Positions 41,270 through 54,356 of a DNA stretch of 64,000 nt are shown here, in pieces. Within the stretch, counting starts at the first letter, position 1, and the number at the start of each line of letters is the position of its first letter. A program made the translations under genes and the position numbers. The stretch covers positions 14,384,001 through 14,448,000 of the forward strand of contig NC_083406.1 in the NCBI RefSeq assembly GCF_020745735.1, given 5' to 3'. The notes below the pieces were generated by a model. The model was not told the DNA's origin and did no database searches. It saw only the letters and a program-made list of their open reading frames with translations. The DNA is from Hemiscyllium ocellatum. Lineage: Eukaryota.

Positions 41270-41592
41270 TTTGTACCGCAGCGTGGACCTCCATCTAGTC
41301 CATGCCGCCCCTCCAAACAGCATCCCACCCAGACCCACAGCCCAATCCATGTAACCCCGCATTTCCCACACAGTTAATCCACCTAGCCTGCACATCCCTG
41401 AACACCAGCAATTTAGTATGGCCAATCCACCTAGCCTGCACATCCCTGAACACTAGCAATTTAGCATGGCCAATCCACCTAATCTGCACATCTTTGGACC
41501 GTGGGAGGAAACCAGATCGTCTGAAGAAATCCATTCAGCCATGAGGGGGATGTACAAACTCCACACAGACAGTCACCCGAGGCTGGAATCAA
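41270..41592 (-). mobile_element. HE1-type SINE with an extra internal 48-bp tandem unit
   Basis: ATCCACCTA..CTGCACATC recurs three times at 48-bp spacing. Confidence 0.75.
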
Positions 41593-42429
41593 GTTTATCT
41601 CCCCTACAACTACAAACTGACTGGTCTGTTTTTTGAACTACCACAATAATGCAGCCCAATGACTGCTTTTCATCTTTTCAACAGTCCCATTTTTTGCAAT
41701 GTATCTACGCCTTTACAAATTGCTTCAAATTGTGAACTAGGGACTGGCCCAGTATTCTGAAATATTGGCTGTTCATTGTCTTTATCTAGACTTCAGCCTC
41801 GTGATAACCAATTTAGGATTGGATCCGCTTTGCTCAAAGATCACTTTGTGCTCTCCTAGCACCTCCGCAGTGGCAATGTACTCTTACTGTATCATTTGTA
41901 AATAACTCAGCCCAATCCAAGTGCATTTTCAAAAGCCAATTTCTTCACATTAGGGAAACTTTTTCCATTCGTGTAATACTACAAATGGCAAGTATTAGAA
42001 TGTACAATCATATTCCATATAACATTAATTTATCTAACGTTGGAATATTGTTATTGGAATCACTAGCAAAGCTGTTCTTCAACTGACGAAAGGAAATGTG
42101 ATTTAGGGATTTCTTGTATTCTGCTTCTGAGATAACAGACACTGCTGCAGCTATATAAATGATGTAAGAAAGTTGTGAGTCTCCAAATTTATTTCTGCTG
42201 TGGGTTCTGAAGTTTTTATTCATCCATTACTCTAATCTGCCATGTGCTGTTTCTTTAATTTTGGAGTTTGACTCTTGACCTTCCTGCTTCCTGGACAAAT
42301 AAAGGCATTGCAGGAGGGAGATAATGTGGTAGAGTACTAATGAGAAGTGTGAATTGTTGAAAATGGAGCAACCCAAATACAAACAGGACCTAAAGGTCTG
42401 GGTGTAGGTACCAAACATGGAGGAGGGTA

Positions 42430-42600
42430 AGAATGTAAGTTAGCTTGCTGAGTTTGAAGGTTTGTTTTCAGACGTTTCATCACCAGTCCTTGACCATCTT
42501 ACCTCATATGATAACAAAACATCTGAAAACAAACCTTCCAGCTCAGCGAGCAAACTTACATAGTTACCATCAACTTCAACTACAAATCTTCTCAAAAATT
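42430..42600 (+). mobile_element. Fold-back PLE pLTR fragment (family of the ~24025-24170 copy)
   Basis: Inverted arms TGTAAGTT..GAAGGTTTGTTTTCAGA / TCTGAAAACAAACCTTC..AACTTACA. Confidence 0.65.
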
Positions 42601-42629
42601 GCTAACACATTGAAGAGGATGTTCACATT

Positions 42630-43290
42630 CAGAAATTGTTAAACTCAATGTTGAGTCATGAATGCTGTAAGGTAATTGGGCGAAAGATGAGGTGTTATTC
42701 TTCCAACTTGATTTTCGCGAGAGCAATGAAAAAAAGGCCTGCAACAGAAACGTTGACACAGGAACACTGTAGTGTGTTGAAGTAATAGTTGGGGGACATT
42801 TCTGTGGACAGTACACAAGTGCTCTGCAAAACGTCTGTGTTTTGTCTCCGCAACATAGAGGAGATTGCATTGAAGGAGCAAATATAGTAGACGGGATTGA
42901 GTGGACTGCAGGTAAATCAGTGCTTCCATTGGAAGGTGTGTCAGAGGCCTTGGAAGGTGAGGAACAAGCAGGTAAACAGACAAATGATACAACATCTATG
43001 ATTGCAATGGAAAGTGCCATGGGGATGTGGGAAGATGCTGGAAGTGGAGGAGGAGTGGACCAAGGTGTCCTGGGGGCAACTGTCTCTGCTCATTACCGAC
43101 AAGGGAGAGGAACGTCTGTGTGATGGTCTCATCCCATTGGAGGTGGTGGAAATGGCAACTTTGCATGTTGGTGGGGTGTAATGTGAGAATGAGGAGTCCC
43201 TACCTTTATTGTGGGAGGGAAGAAAAGGGTGAGAGCAGACGTGTGGGAAATGGGTTGGACATGGCTGAGGGTCTCTCCAATAATTTTCAA
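42630..43290 (-). mobile_element. Penelope-like element ORF remnant (GIY-YIG endonuclease end)
   Basis: QDTLVHSS..LLY..CNLLYVAETKHRRFAEHL. Confidence 0.75.
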
Positions 43291-43443
43291 CAATTCACAC
43301 TTTTCGTTAGCACTCACTCACTATTAACTCCCTCTTGGCAATGATATCAGCAATCCCTTTGTTTGTATCTCCCTTTGTTTCTCTCTCACAGACCATCTCC
43401 ACATATTCTAATCACTCATCCCTACACCCCCACCAAACTCATT

Positions 43444-43627
43444 GAAAACAAAAAGTGCTGGCAATCAGTGGGTCAGGCGGCATCCATGGAGAGAAAGCAA
43501 GCTAATGTTTCAAGTCTAGATGATTCTTCATTGAGTCATCCAGACTCAAATTTAAAAGGCATCCCGCTGTGATTTCCAGCATTTTTTGTTTTCTGTATAG
43601 ATTCCAGCATCTACAGTAATTTGCTCT
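43444..43627 (+). mobile_element. Fold-back PLE insertion, 12-bp TSD ACCAAACTCATT
   Basis: TSD at 43432-43443 and 43628-43639; inverted GAAAACAAAAA.TGCTGG / CCAGCATTTTTTGTTTTC. Confidence 0.7.
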
Positions 43628-45059
43628 ACCAAACTCATTCTCTGTCATCAGCAACAACAACACCCTTTCTAGGTGCTTTCAATTCTGACTAAGAGTCACT
43701 GGACTTGAAGTGTTAACTCTGTTTTTCTCCTCAAAGATATCGCAGGAGCTGCTGAGTTCCTCCAGAAATTTGTGTTTTTGTTTCAGAACTCTGCAACTAC
43801 CTACCCTCTGTGTTGGAAACAATTAATAATAAATCTGAACTTGCCTACTGGAAACTACGTTGAAACACAGTAATAAATAATATACAGAACAAGCAACGTA
43901 AATGCCTACGAGGATTATATCATCTAGCGGGTCTGATGGCCTCTCAAATCACTCTGCAGTAATCTGTATACATTTCTCTAATAACCTTTTATTTACGGAG
44001 TCTCGTATGTATCTATGCACAAATAGTCTCTTCCATGTGATTTCTCCAGGCTCTCTTCAGTCATGTGATCTTACATCATTAATCAGAATGTCTTAGACTC
44101 ATGTTGTTAACCCATTTCTCTACACCTCCCAATTTTTTGTTCCCATTATTTACACTTACTCTGTCCTCCCCACAAAGTCAATCCTCAAAATGAATATATT
44201 TAGAGACTTTTCATGACCAAAAATCACAACAGTGCTGCAAAGCTTTTTAGGAATGCTTAAATAAGTCAGGAAATTCATATTAATCTATCAGAAATCAACA
44301 AAACACTGAGAAAGCTGTTTAGATAAGGCTGTTGTTCTAAACCTGCAACTAGTGATGCACTACAGCCCTGTTCTAAACTCCATTACTCTGCTGCTATTCT
44401 CCATTTCAGGACTCTGATTCTACTTCCAGGTTGCATTGACCGCTCACAGGTGAAAACCTTGCACTTATAAAGAACACAAGCTGCTCAACTGGAATCACTG
44501 AGTCGAAACTGTTTTGAGAGAGAGGCCACACAACCCAGTCTGTGGCTGTAATAAAGCTATAACAGACACAGAACCAAATTACCTGGAGCTGCAGGTAATT
44601 TGTCACATTTTATTTCTGAAACCTCCCCTCTGTGTTTGAGCTAAAATCTACTGGAAGGCTTCATCACTGCAAGTTGAGAGTTTCTAACAGAGAACACAAA
44701 ACTGTACCACTATCTCAGAAAAATAACTCAGCCACCCATACTGAGCCAGGAAGATACCTTAATAGCTTGCTCAAAAGGTGACTTTAGCTACAGACCAATA
44801 TTTGGATAATCTGTGAATGATTCTTTTTTCTGAATGTAACTTACTTAGGAAAATTACTTTGAAGACAATAGTCCAGTCCACTGGAATTTTTAAAATATAT
44901 ATATTTCTCCAGACTGACACATTGCGTACATGTGCTAGTTTTCAAGAAGAGTGTTTCAATACATATGCATAATTTTTTAAAAAGTAATTGTTGCCTTCTT
45001 TGCTCAAAAAAGTTTTGTCTGCAACAAGGTAGTTAGTTATTGGTTACTTACAATTATCA

Positions 45060-45490
45060 GAGTCATAGAGATGTATAGCACAGAAATAGACCCTTCGGTC
45101 CAACTCATGCATGCCGACCAGATATCCTAACCTATTCTAGCCCCATTTGCCAGCACTTGGCCCATATTCATGTAAACCCTTCATATTCATGTACCCATGT
45201 TAATTGTACCAGCCTCCACCACTTCCTCTGGCAGCTCATTCCATACACGCACCACCCTATGAAAAAGTTGCCCCTTAGGTCCTTTTTAAATCTTTCTCCT
45301 CTCACCATAAACCTATGCCCTCAAGCTCTGGACTCCCCACCTCAGGGAAAAGATCTTGTCTATTTACCCCTCATGATTTTATAAACCTTAATAAGTTCAC
45401 CCCTTAGCCTCCAACACTCCAGGAAAAACAGCCCCAGCCTATTCAGCCTCTCCCTGTAGCTCAAATCCTTCAACCCTGGCAACATCATGT
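45060..45490 (-). mobile_element. CR1 LINE 3' end
   Basis: Same family as 28750-29625. Confidence 0.85.
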
Positions 45491-47179
45491 TTCTCAACCT
45501 CAGCTATTTGCCATGTGATGTATTTACAATTAGCAATATCAACTCCCTTTTTCAATTTAAGTTTTGCAACCAATGGAGAAATAGGTTAAGGAAAGGAATC
45601 AGCCCTCCCACTGCAACTCCTAACTAGACAATAACAAAATAACTTCCTGTTGTTATTCTTGCCTTGCATCAGAATAGAAATGGAGAAAGTATGTTCTCAT
45701 TCTTATTACTCCAATTAGTTGCCGAACTGCCAAGCAGTTTGAAGGAGATAGAAGGATGAAGTCATATTCAAGGTGCTATCCTCTGATAACCTGCTCCAAA
45801 GCACCAATAGTAAAGACATAAAGAAACAAGATAGCTGAAAATGCGAGCAATCCATTCTTTGTAACCCACTATCTGTATGGCTGCAGTCTTCGAAAAGCAT
45901 GCACAATAAAATCACCATCAAAATTAGCAGTCAGCCAGCAAGAACAAACAGATGAACAGATTAATACTGCGCAAATAAAGCTGCTTGTCTTAAGAGCATT
46001 AACTTCATATTCAGGGAAATGTTGGGGAAATGAAATTATGAGCAAAAAGACCAAGATTGCTAAACAGTTCATAGCAACATTGGTTTACTCAATTAATAAT
46101 GAATCAAAAACAGTAGACAATTGAAAGACCACTGAAAACTGTCAAGTCTTACACTAACTAGCGTCAAGATCATGTCGGCACCTCATTTAATCTCATCTGA
46201 TCCTTCACTAGCAATTTGTCATTATCACATCAGCATTAGACTGGCAGCACAGTCCATTCGTAATAAGTAGCAGCAGATCCAACAGTGTAAAATAACAGTG
46301 CTTTTAATCTCCAGCTGCACATCAGCGTTGTTTCACATTATCACACACGGCAAAGTGCATCGTCTTCCGGTACTCAAAATGTACACACTTTATTATCATG
46401 CATTCAGACTTACTGTAACAGAATAATATTAGTATCAGTTTGACACGGCAGCATCAAATTGTGAGCTCAACTGCCATACCATGATCAAGACTATTTGAGC
46501 AGAACAGAGGGAGTGCCACACTGCCTGATGTATGATCTATAGGGTAACATATTACAGCAAAATACCTGCTGCTCTTGCAGGTGGATGCATAAAATTGAAA
46601 TTCAACAACTAAACATTCAGCAGGAAGGATCTCCTCAGTTCTTTGGTCAAATATTTATCCTTCTAATAATATTTCGCTGCTGTGTTGCTAACAAAATAAA
46701 GATTCTGCACATTTCAAAAGTAGTTAATTGGCTATGCCTTTTGAAGGGACCAGCCAAGAAGGTGAAAGACACTGCAGAAAAACAAATGTGTGCCTTCTTA
46801 GGGAGAACAGTGTTGGCTAAATATAACATTCACAGGAATCCACCTTCATTCAAAAAGCTAATGTGCACTATCATTAAGCAGAACATATCAGAAGGTTTCA
46901 GCAGGGAACTCAATTGCTATTCCAGCTACAACACCAGCAAAACGTTGCATGTGTAATTTTTCTCAGTGATAGAAAATGTGATTGCTATTGGTCCGATTTA
47001 AAAGGGGTGATCAGTACATAATGGAATTATCACTAAATCAAGCTTGGTATATTTTGGAAAGAGTTACTGTACATTTTCTACATTCAACAATATGAGTGAG
47101 TTAGTGGTATCTAACCCAACAATGCATACCAACTATTTCCTTCAGATACTGCTACCTTCTCAGTTTTCTCTTCGTCAGA

Positions 47180-47705
47180 TCAATACAAATATCCAGAAAA
47201 AGAGGAAGTTTAGAATAGGAGAGAACGAAGGTGATGCAGGTTGGGGAGGGGATAATAGCGAGTGTTTGGGGGAAATGGGAGTGGGCAGGGAAGGAAGAGG
47301 ACAACAAGGAGGAATGGACAAAGAAGGGGATAGGGAAGTGGTTCGAAGCAAAGAGCAGGGAGGACAGCAGGAGAGGGGGTGATAGGGGACAGGAGAGGGA
47401 ACTAAGAGGACAGGAGAGAGGAGACAAGAGATGACAGGGGAGAGAAATGGCGTAAGGGTAAGACGAGGGGAAATGGGAGGGAGAAACAGAAGGGGAAAGC
47501 TTGAAAACAAAGGAAGGGTGGGAGGAATGGAGATGGAGGGGAGGGAAATGGGAATGGAGAGGGATGGAAATGGCAAGGCGGAAAATGGGAAAATTGGGGA
47601 GGGAAGTAAAAGAGAGGAAAATGGGCAGAGAGGGGTATGGGGAAACAGGGAGTGATGAAGACATGGAGGTAAATGGGAAGGAGGGCAATGAAGGAAAGTA
47701 GGCAG
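47180..47705. repeat. Polypurine (GA-rich) low-complexity tract
   Basis: Almost only G/A on + strand for ~500 bp. Confidence 0.85.
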
Positions 47706-47711
47706 AGTTCC

Positions 47712-48062
47712 TGGATGGTACAGTGGCTCAGTGGTCAGCACTACTGCCACACAGGACAGGGACCTGGGTTTGATTCTAGCCTCAAGCAACTGTCCGTGTG
47801 GAGTTTACATGTTTTCCCCGTTTCTGCATGAGTTGCTTCCGTGTGCTCCGGTTTCCTTCCACAGTCCAAAGATGTGTAGGTTAGGTGAATTGGCCATGCT
47901 AAATTGCCCGTAGTGTTCAGGATGTGTAGGTGAGATTCATTAGTTAGGGGTATATGGAGAATAATAGGGTAGGGGAACGGGTCTGGGTGGGTTACTTTTT
48001 GGAGGGTCAGTCTGGACTTGTTGGGTCAAAAGGCCTGTTTCCATGCTGTAGGATTTCTATGA
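47712..48062 (+). mobile_element. HE1-type SINE
   Basis: Head GTGGCTCAGTGGTCAGCACT.., V-domain, GGCCTGTTTCC tail. Confidence 0.85.
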
Positions 48063-48254
48063 GTTTGTTTCCTGTGACCAACTCTGAATGAGATAAACTC
48101 CACCCTCACTCGCAGGTTGACCCATAACCTTCCCACTCTGGGTTTGAACAACAATCTACCCACTCTCAGATTGAACACAGAAACTCCTCAAGGGCGAACA
48201 GTCCACAACCTCTTCACTCCTAGAATGACCCAGATCATGCCCACTCACTCCGAG

Positions 48255-50750
48255 GACTGACCCACAACTTCCCCATTCCGGGGACCTGATCCACAAACTC
48301 CCCACTTCGGGGACCTGATCCACAACCTCCCCACTCCGGGACCTGATCCACAACCTCCCCACTCCAGGGACCTGATCCAACAATCTCCCCGCTCCGGGAC
48401 CTGATCCACAAACTCCCCACTCCAGCACCTGATCCACAACCTCCCCACTCCAGCACCTGATCCACAACCTCCCAACTCCGGGGACCTGATCCACAACCTC
48501 CCCACTCCAGGGACCTGATTCACAACCTCCCCACTCTGGGGACCTGGTACACAATCTCCCCACTATGATCCACAACCTCCCCACTCCGGGGGCCTGATCC
48601 ACAACCTCCCCACTCCTGGGACCTGATTTACAACCTCCCCACTCCTGGGACCTGATCCACAACCTCCCCACTCCTGGGACCTGATCCACAACCTCCCCAC
48701 TCCTGGGACCTGATCCACAACCTCCCCACTCCTGGGACCTGATCCACAACCTCCCCACTCCAGCACCTGATCCACAACCTCCCCACTCCAGGGACCTGAT
48801 CCAACAATCTCCCCGCTCCGGGACCTGATCCACAAACTCCCCACTCCAGCACCTGATCCACAACCTCCCCACTCCAGCACCTGATCCACAACCTCCCAAC
48901 TCCGGGGACCTGATCCACAACCTCCCCACTCCGGGGACCTGAACCACAACCTCCCCACTCTAGGACCTGATCCGCAACCTCCCCAATATGGGACCTGATC
49001 CACAACCTCCCCACTCTAGGACCTGATCCACAACCTCCCCACTCCAGGGACCTGATCCACAACCTCCCCACTCTAGGACCCGATCCACAACCTCCCCTCT
49101 CCGGGACCTGATTCACAACCTCCCCACTCCGGGGACCTGATCCACAACCTTCCCACTCCGGGGACCTGGTCCACAACCTCCCCACTCCGGGGACCTGATC
49201 CACAACCTCCCCACTCCGGGGACCTGATCCACAACCTCCCCACTCCAGGGACCTGATCCACAACCTCCCCACTCCTGGGACCTGATCCACAACCTCCCCA
49301 CTCCAGCACCTGATCCACAACCTCCCAACTCCGGGGACCTGATCCACAACCTCCCCACTCCGGGGACCTGATCCACAACCTCCCCACTCCGGGGACCTGA
49401 ACCACAACCTCCCCACTCTAGGACCTGATCCACAACCTCCCCACTCCAGGGACCTGATCCACAACCTCCCCACTCCAGGGACCAGATCCACAACCTCCCC
49501 ACTCTAGGACCTGATCCACAACCTCCCCACTCTAGGACCTGATCCACAACCTCCCCACTCTAGGACCTGATCCACAACCTCCCCACTCCAGGGACCTGAT
49601 CCACAACCTCCCCACTCCAGGGACCTGATCCACAACCTCCCCACTCCGGGGACCTGATTGACAACCTCCCCACTCCGGGACCTGATCCACAACCTCCCCA
49701 CTCCGGGACCTGATCCACAACCTCCCCACTCTGGGGACCTGGTACACAACCTCCCCACCCTGGGGACCTGGTACACAACCTCCCCACTCTAGGACCTGAT
49801 CCACAACCTCCCCACTCCGGGGACCTGGTACACAATCTCCCCACTCTGATCCACAACCTCCCCACTCCGGGGACCTGATCCACAACCTCCCCACTCTAGG
49901 ACCTGATCCACAACCTCCCCACTCCAGGGACCTGATCCACAACCTCCCCACTCCAGGGACCTGATCCACAATCTCCCCACTCCGGGACCTGATCCACAAC
50001 CTCCCCACTCCGGGGACCTGATCCACAACCTCCCCACTCCGGGGACCTGATCCACAACCTCCCCACTCCGGGGACCTGATCCACAACCTCCCCACTCTAG
50101 GACCTGATCCACAACCTCCCCACTCCGGGGACCTGGTACACAATCTCCCCTCTCCGGGGACCTGATCCACAACCTCCCCACCCTGGGGACCTGGTACACA
50201 ATCTCCCCACTCTAGGACCTGATCCACAACCTCCCCACTCTAGGACCTGATCCACAACCTCCCCACTCCGGGGACCTGGTACACAATCTCCCCACTCTGA
50301 TCCACAACCTCCCCACTCCGGGGACCTGATCCACAACCTCCCCACTCTAGGACCTGATCCACAACCTCCCCACTCCAGGGACCTGATCCACAACCTCCCC
50401 ACTCCGGGGACCTGATCCACAACCTCCCCACTCCGGGGACCTGATCCACAACCTCCCCACCCCGGGGACCTGGTACACAATCTCCCCTCTCCGGGGACCT
50501 GATCCACAACCTCCCCACCCTGGGGACCTGGTACACAATCTCCCCACTCTAGGACCTGATCCACAACCTCCCCACTCTAGGACCTGATCCACAACCTCCC
50601 CACTCCGGGGACCTGGTACACAATCTCCCCACTCTGATCCACAACCTCCCCACTCCGGGGACCTGATCCACAACCTCCCAACTCCGGGGACCTGGTACAC
50701 AACCTCCCCACTCTGATCCACAACCTCCCCACCCTGGGGAGTGGATCCAC
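48255..50750. repeat. Minisatellite, ~28-29 bp unit GGGGACCTGATCCACAACCTCCCCACTCC, roughly 85-90 copies
   Basis: Direct tandem repeat with variant units and higher-order duplications. Confidence 0.97.
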
Positions 50751-51250
50751 ATTTGGAGACCGACGCCGCTCCCTGAAGCTCCGGAGCGGAGGGCGGACTG
50801 TGGGAGGCTGGAGTCGGGTTTGAACAGGTGCCGGGCCCCTGGATGAAGCCTGTGCCGGGGCCAGGGTTGGGTCTGGGGGCTGGGGGGCTGGGGCTGGGGA
50901 GCGGGGTGGTGCATGACCATCCCCTCCCCAGTGAGGAGCTTGGCCGACGGACACTCACCCAGCGGCGGATGGTGCTCCAGAGCCCGCTCCAGTCCATCGC
51001 CTCCTCCCGGTCCGTGTCCGGCTGCAAACGGCGGCTCTAATCCGCTGTCAGACGGCGCATGTTCCGGCTCTGGGCTCCCGCTCTCCCCGGGAACTGATCC
51101 CCTTCCTCCTCCCAGAAAAGCGGGCTCCTCCTCCGGGCGGGCACAGCTCCGTCCTCAGACACACAGGGAGACAGATGGGGAACTAATTCACACCAACATA
51201 CCCGGGGCTACCCGCAACACAATATAATAGTGTGGGCGGAGCCCCTGCTC
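50750..51250 (-). promoter_or_regulatory. CpG island / promoter and 5' UTR of ATP11A
   Basis: High GC and CpG density against a CpG-poor background; GC boxes; surrounds exon 1. Confidence 0.8.
50959..50997 (-). CDS. ATP11A: ATP11A coding exon 1 (MDWSGLWSTIRRW)
   Basis: GAGGCGATGG Kozak context in a CpG island; 39 nt then GTGAGT donor; phase 0 joins exon 2; same length as the vertebrate ATP11A N-terminus (MDCSLVRTLVHRY). Confidence 0.88.
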
Positions 51251-52094
51251 CCTCAACATGAATCTTTAATATTAATGTTTAATAGCAGCTGCTGCCTCAG
51301 AAGGACAGCTCGATTCGGGTCTCCTGTATTTTCACTGTAGCTACGGCACTGGTATAGCTTTTCCTGCACAAGTAGGTGAGCTGTTTGCAAGCCAGACTCC
51401 TTCCAACCCGTCCGAAAGTAAAACAAAGGATTGCTACGTTCCTCCACTCCTCTCTCTTAATTTTGTTTCGTGGTCGATTTCCTGCTTGATCTCCACGGGT
51501 GGGGGGGTGGTGGCTTGTTCCAGCAACTCGCTGCCAGTGGCAGACGGGGAGAATCCAGCGCCCTCTCAACGTGTGAATGAGGCCAGCAGCAGCAGCTCAT
51601 TGCAAAAAAAAACACACACAGAATCCAAACACCCATGTGAATTGAGGTCAAATCAGATACCAAAAAAAAAGAGACAGCGTAGGAGAAGGAAAGGTGGGAT
51701 CTCGACATGCAGAGACTGGAAACGTAAAAGTTTTGTTTAAATTCGTAAAGCCTCCACGTGTTTCTCGGTGAAATTGAAACTGGTTTAAGGAGGACAAGGC
51801 AACTCAGCTTCTTATTTCTGCATTTAACACTATTCATCAATTTCACTTTTACCATGAGCCCCTCACCACATTTCCTCCCACAAAAATCGAGGTTTACTTT
51901 AAACAAGATGATGTGCGTTTTGGTGTTATATAATATGTTATGTGATACTCTGTTTCTAAAGCAGTTGTGCAGAAGACTGCGAGTTTCTCGGCCAGTATTA
52001 GAAACTTTGAGCAGCAATCTATGTGCTCTTTATGAGATTATCAAAAGAGCATTCTGCTCCACGATCCTTTGTAATTCACAGATAGGGAAACAGA

Positions 52095-52420
52095 GGCATA
52101 GAGTCATCGAGGTGTGCAGCACGGAAACAGACCGTTCAGTCCAACTTGTCCATACAAACCAGATGCCCCAATCAAATCTAATCCCATTTACCAACACTTG
52201 GCCCACATCCCTCAAACCCTTCCTATTCATATACCCATCCAGATGCCTTTTAAATGTTGCAATTGTACCAGCCTCCAGCACTTCCTCTGGCAGCTCATTC
52301 CATGCATACACCACCCTCTGTGTGAAAAAGTTGCTCCTTAGGTCCATTTTATATATTTCCCCTCTCACCCTAAACCTATGCCTTCTAGTTCTGGACTCTC
52401 CCACCCCAGGGGAAAGACTG
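52095..52420 (-). mobile_element. CR1 LINE 3' end
   Basis: FFTQRVVYAWNELPEEV..TFKRHLDGYM. Confidence 0.85.
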
Positions 52421-52884
52421 AGCAGCTCCTCTCTCAGCTGACATAGATAATTCTCTTCCGCTTGATGATACTCTGCAACTACATGCTATGAATAATCTTA
52501 GTGCAGTTCTGAAGAAGGGCCACTGGACTTGAAACAATAACTCTGTTTTCTTTGTACAGATGATGATTTTCTCCAGCAACTTCTGTTTGGTACAGAACTC
52601 TTATTACTTGAAATTTAAAAGGCCATATCTCCTCAGCAACAAGCAAGTACCTGGAAAGGATGGATATCACCTATCAAGCATTAATTTTTGAGTAAATGAG
52701 CAAAGTCACTGTCAAACCTCCACCACCACTACTGCCACTACCATCTCCTCTGAGGGAAAGATGCTCTGTCCCATAGGATGTGCAGTTTGCAAACAAGAAT
52801 GGATATTCTGGGGATCACCAAATTATCAGGCACTTCACTTCCCAGGGAATATTTTCCCAATATTTTCAAAATCACACAATAAAT

Positions 52885-53162
52885 TGAGGACATAGGTTTA
52901 AGGTGAGAGGGGAAAGATTTAAAAAGGACCTGAGTGGTAACTTTTTCATTCACAGGGTGGTGCGTCTATGGAATGACCTGCCAGATAAAGTGGTGGAGGC
53001 AGGTACAATTGCAATATTTAAAAAACATCTGGATGGATATATGAATAGGAAGGGTTTAGAGGGATATGGGCCAAATGCTGGCAAATAGGACTAGGTCAGA
53101 TTGGGATGTCTGGTAGATATGGACAAGATGGATGGAAGGGTCTGTTTTCTTGCTGTATGACT
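52885..53162 (+). mobile_element. CR1 LINE 3' end
   Basis: RGERFKKDL..RVVRLWNDLP. Confidence 0.85.
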
Positions 53163-54045
53163 ACCTTCATGATCTTCTCAGCCACACTGTTACAAAAATC
53201 CTTTTTAACACCATTATCACTTGTCAAGTTGACCATTTAGGGAGGTATGCTGCCCCGTATTCCCTCAAAACCACCAGTTTTCAGTCTCTATGAACTTTCA
53301 GATTCAGCTGGTTCAACATTTTGTTGAGCATATCCTAACAGCAACAGGTACTATTCACTCAACAACACCTTGGCATATGAGCTACATTGGTTTTCAGTCT
53401 AGTAATTTTTCAATTTAAAAATTCTTATTCATGTTTTTGAATTCCTCGCATCCCCCAAAACCTTTTCAAGCCTTAGAATTCCTCTACAGCCTCTGTGATC
53501 CTCAAATTCAGGCTTCTCGTGTATTTGTGCTTTCAATTGCTCTAATATTGGTAGTGAAACTTCAACTTGCCTAGGCCTTCAACTTTAGAAATTCCTCTTG
53601 AAACCTCATTCCTTTCTCCTCCTACCTATTTGACAAGCCTTTTCTTATTTACCCACTACATCTTCACATGGATTGGTATCAAATTTTGATGGATAATGCT
53701 CCTGAAAAGCACCTTTAGACTGTTTAGTATGTTAAAGACACAGTACACAGTGTCTTTGTTGAAGTCACGTTTTGTTGTTGCTTAGATTTGTCTGGATGCT
53801 TGAAAGTTTGCTGAAGCTTTTGAATGCTATTGGTCGGGGAGGAAGATGGTCCGGAACAAATCTTCTGCATTATCTTACATTTCTGGAACTAAGCTCCGGA
53901 AAGTTTTGGAGCACAAGCTTATTTGATACAGTCAGTTTTGTACAGTCTCCAGGGTTATTGCTGCTTAGATGTTAGAAAACAAAGCAGAATGCCAACAAAC
54001 ACTTCATCATACTGGCCCCTGGAGCAGAGTCTAATTTTTATTGAT

Positions 54046-54356
54046 TTTTAGATTACTTACAGTGTGGAAACAGGCCCTTCGGCCCAACAAGTCCACACCG
54101 ACCCGCCGAAGCGACAACCCACCCATACCCCTACATATACCCCTTACCTGACACTACGGACAATTTAGCATGGCCAATTCACCTGACCCGCACATCTTTG
54201 TGACTGTGGGAGGAAACCGGAGCACCCGGAGGAAACCCACGCAGACACGGGGAGAACGTGCAAACTCCACACAGTCAGTCACCTGAGGCGGGAATTGAAC
54301 CCAGGTCCCTGGCGCTGTGAGGCAGCAGTGCTAACCACTGTGCCACCGTGCCGCCC
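54046..54356 (-). mobile_element. HE1-type SINE, young full-length copy
   Basis: CpG-rich; near-identical to 60627-60921; Pol III A/B boxes. Confidence 0.9.

Noticed and set aside
47152-47789. 178/204-aa Ser/Pro/Leu-rich ORFs
   Set aside because: Low-complexity polypyrimidine translation running into a SINE.
48255-50750. Possible CRISPR array
   Set aside because: Units are directly tandem with no unique spacers; eukaryotic context, no cas genes.
48156-51027. Many long - strand ORFs (up to 287 aa) of GGCGSGP/VGRLWIRS/GEVVDQV repeats
   Set aside because: By-product of a stop-poor minisatellite read in all three frames; exon 1 has a canonical GTGAGT donor.
51758-52441. 227-aa ORF between the genes
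   Set aside because: Non-ATG start; second half is antisense CR1 sequence; no recognisable domain.
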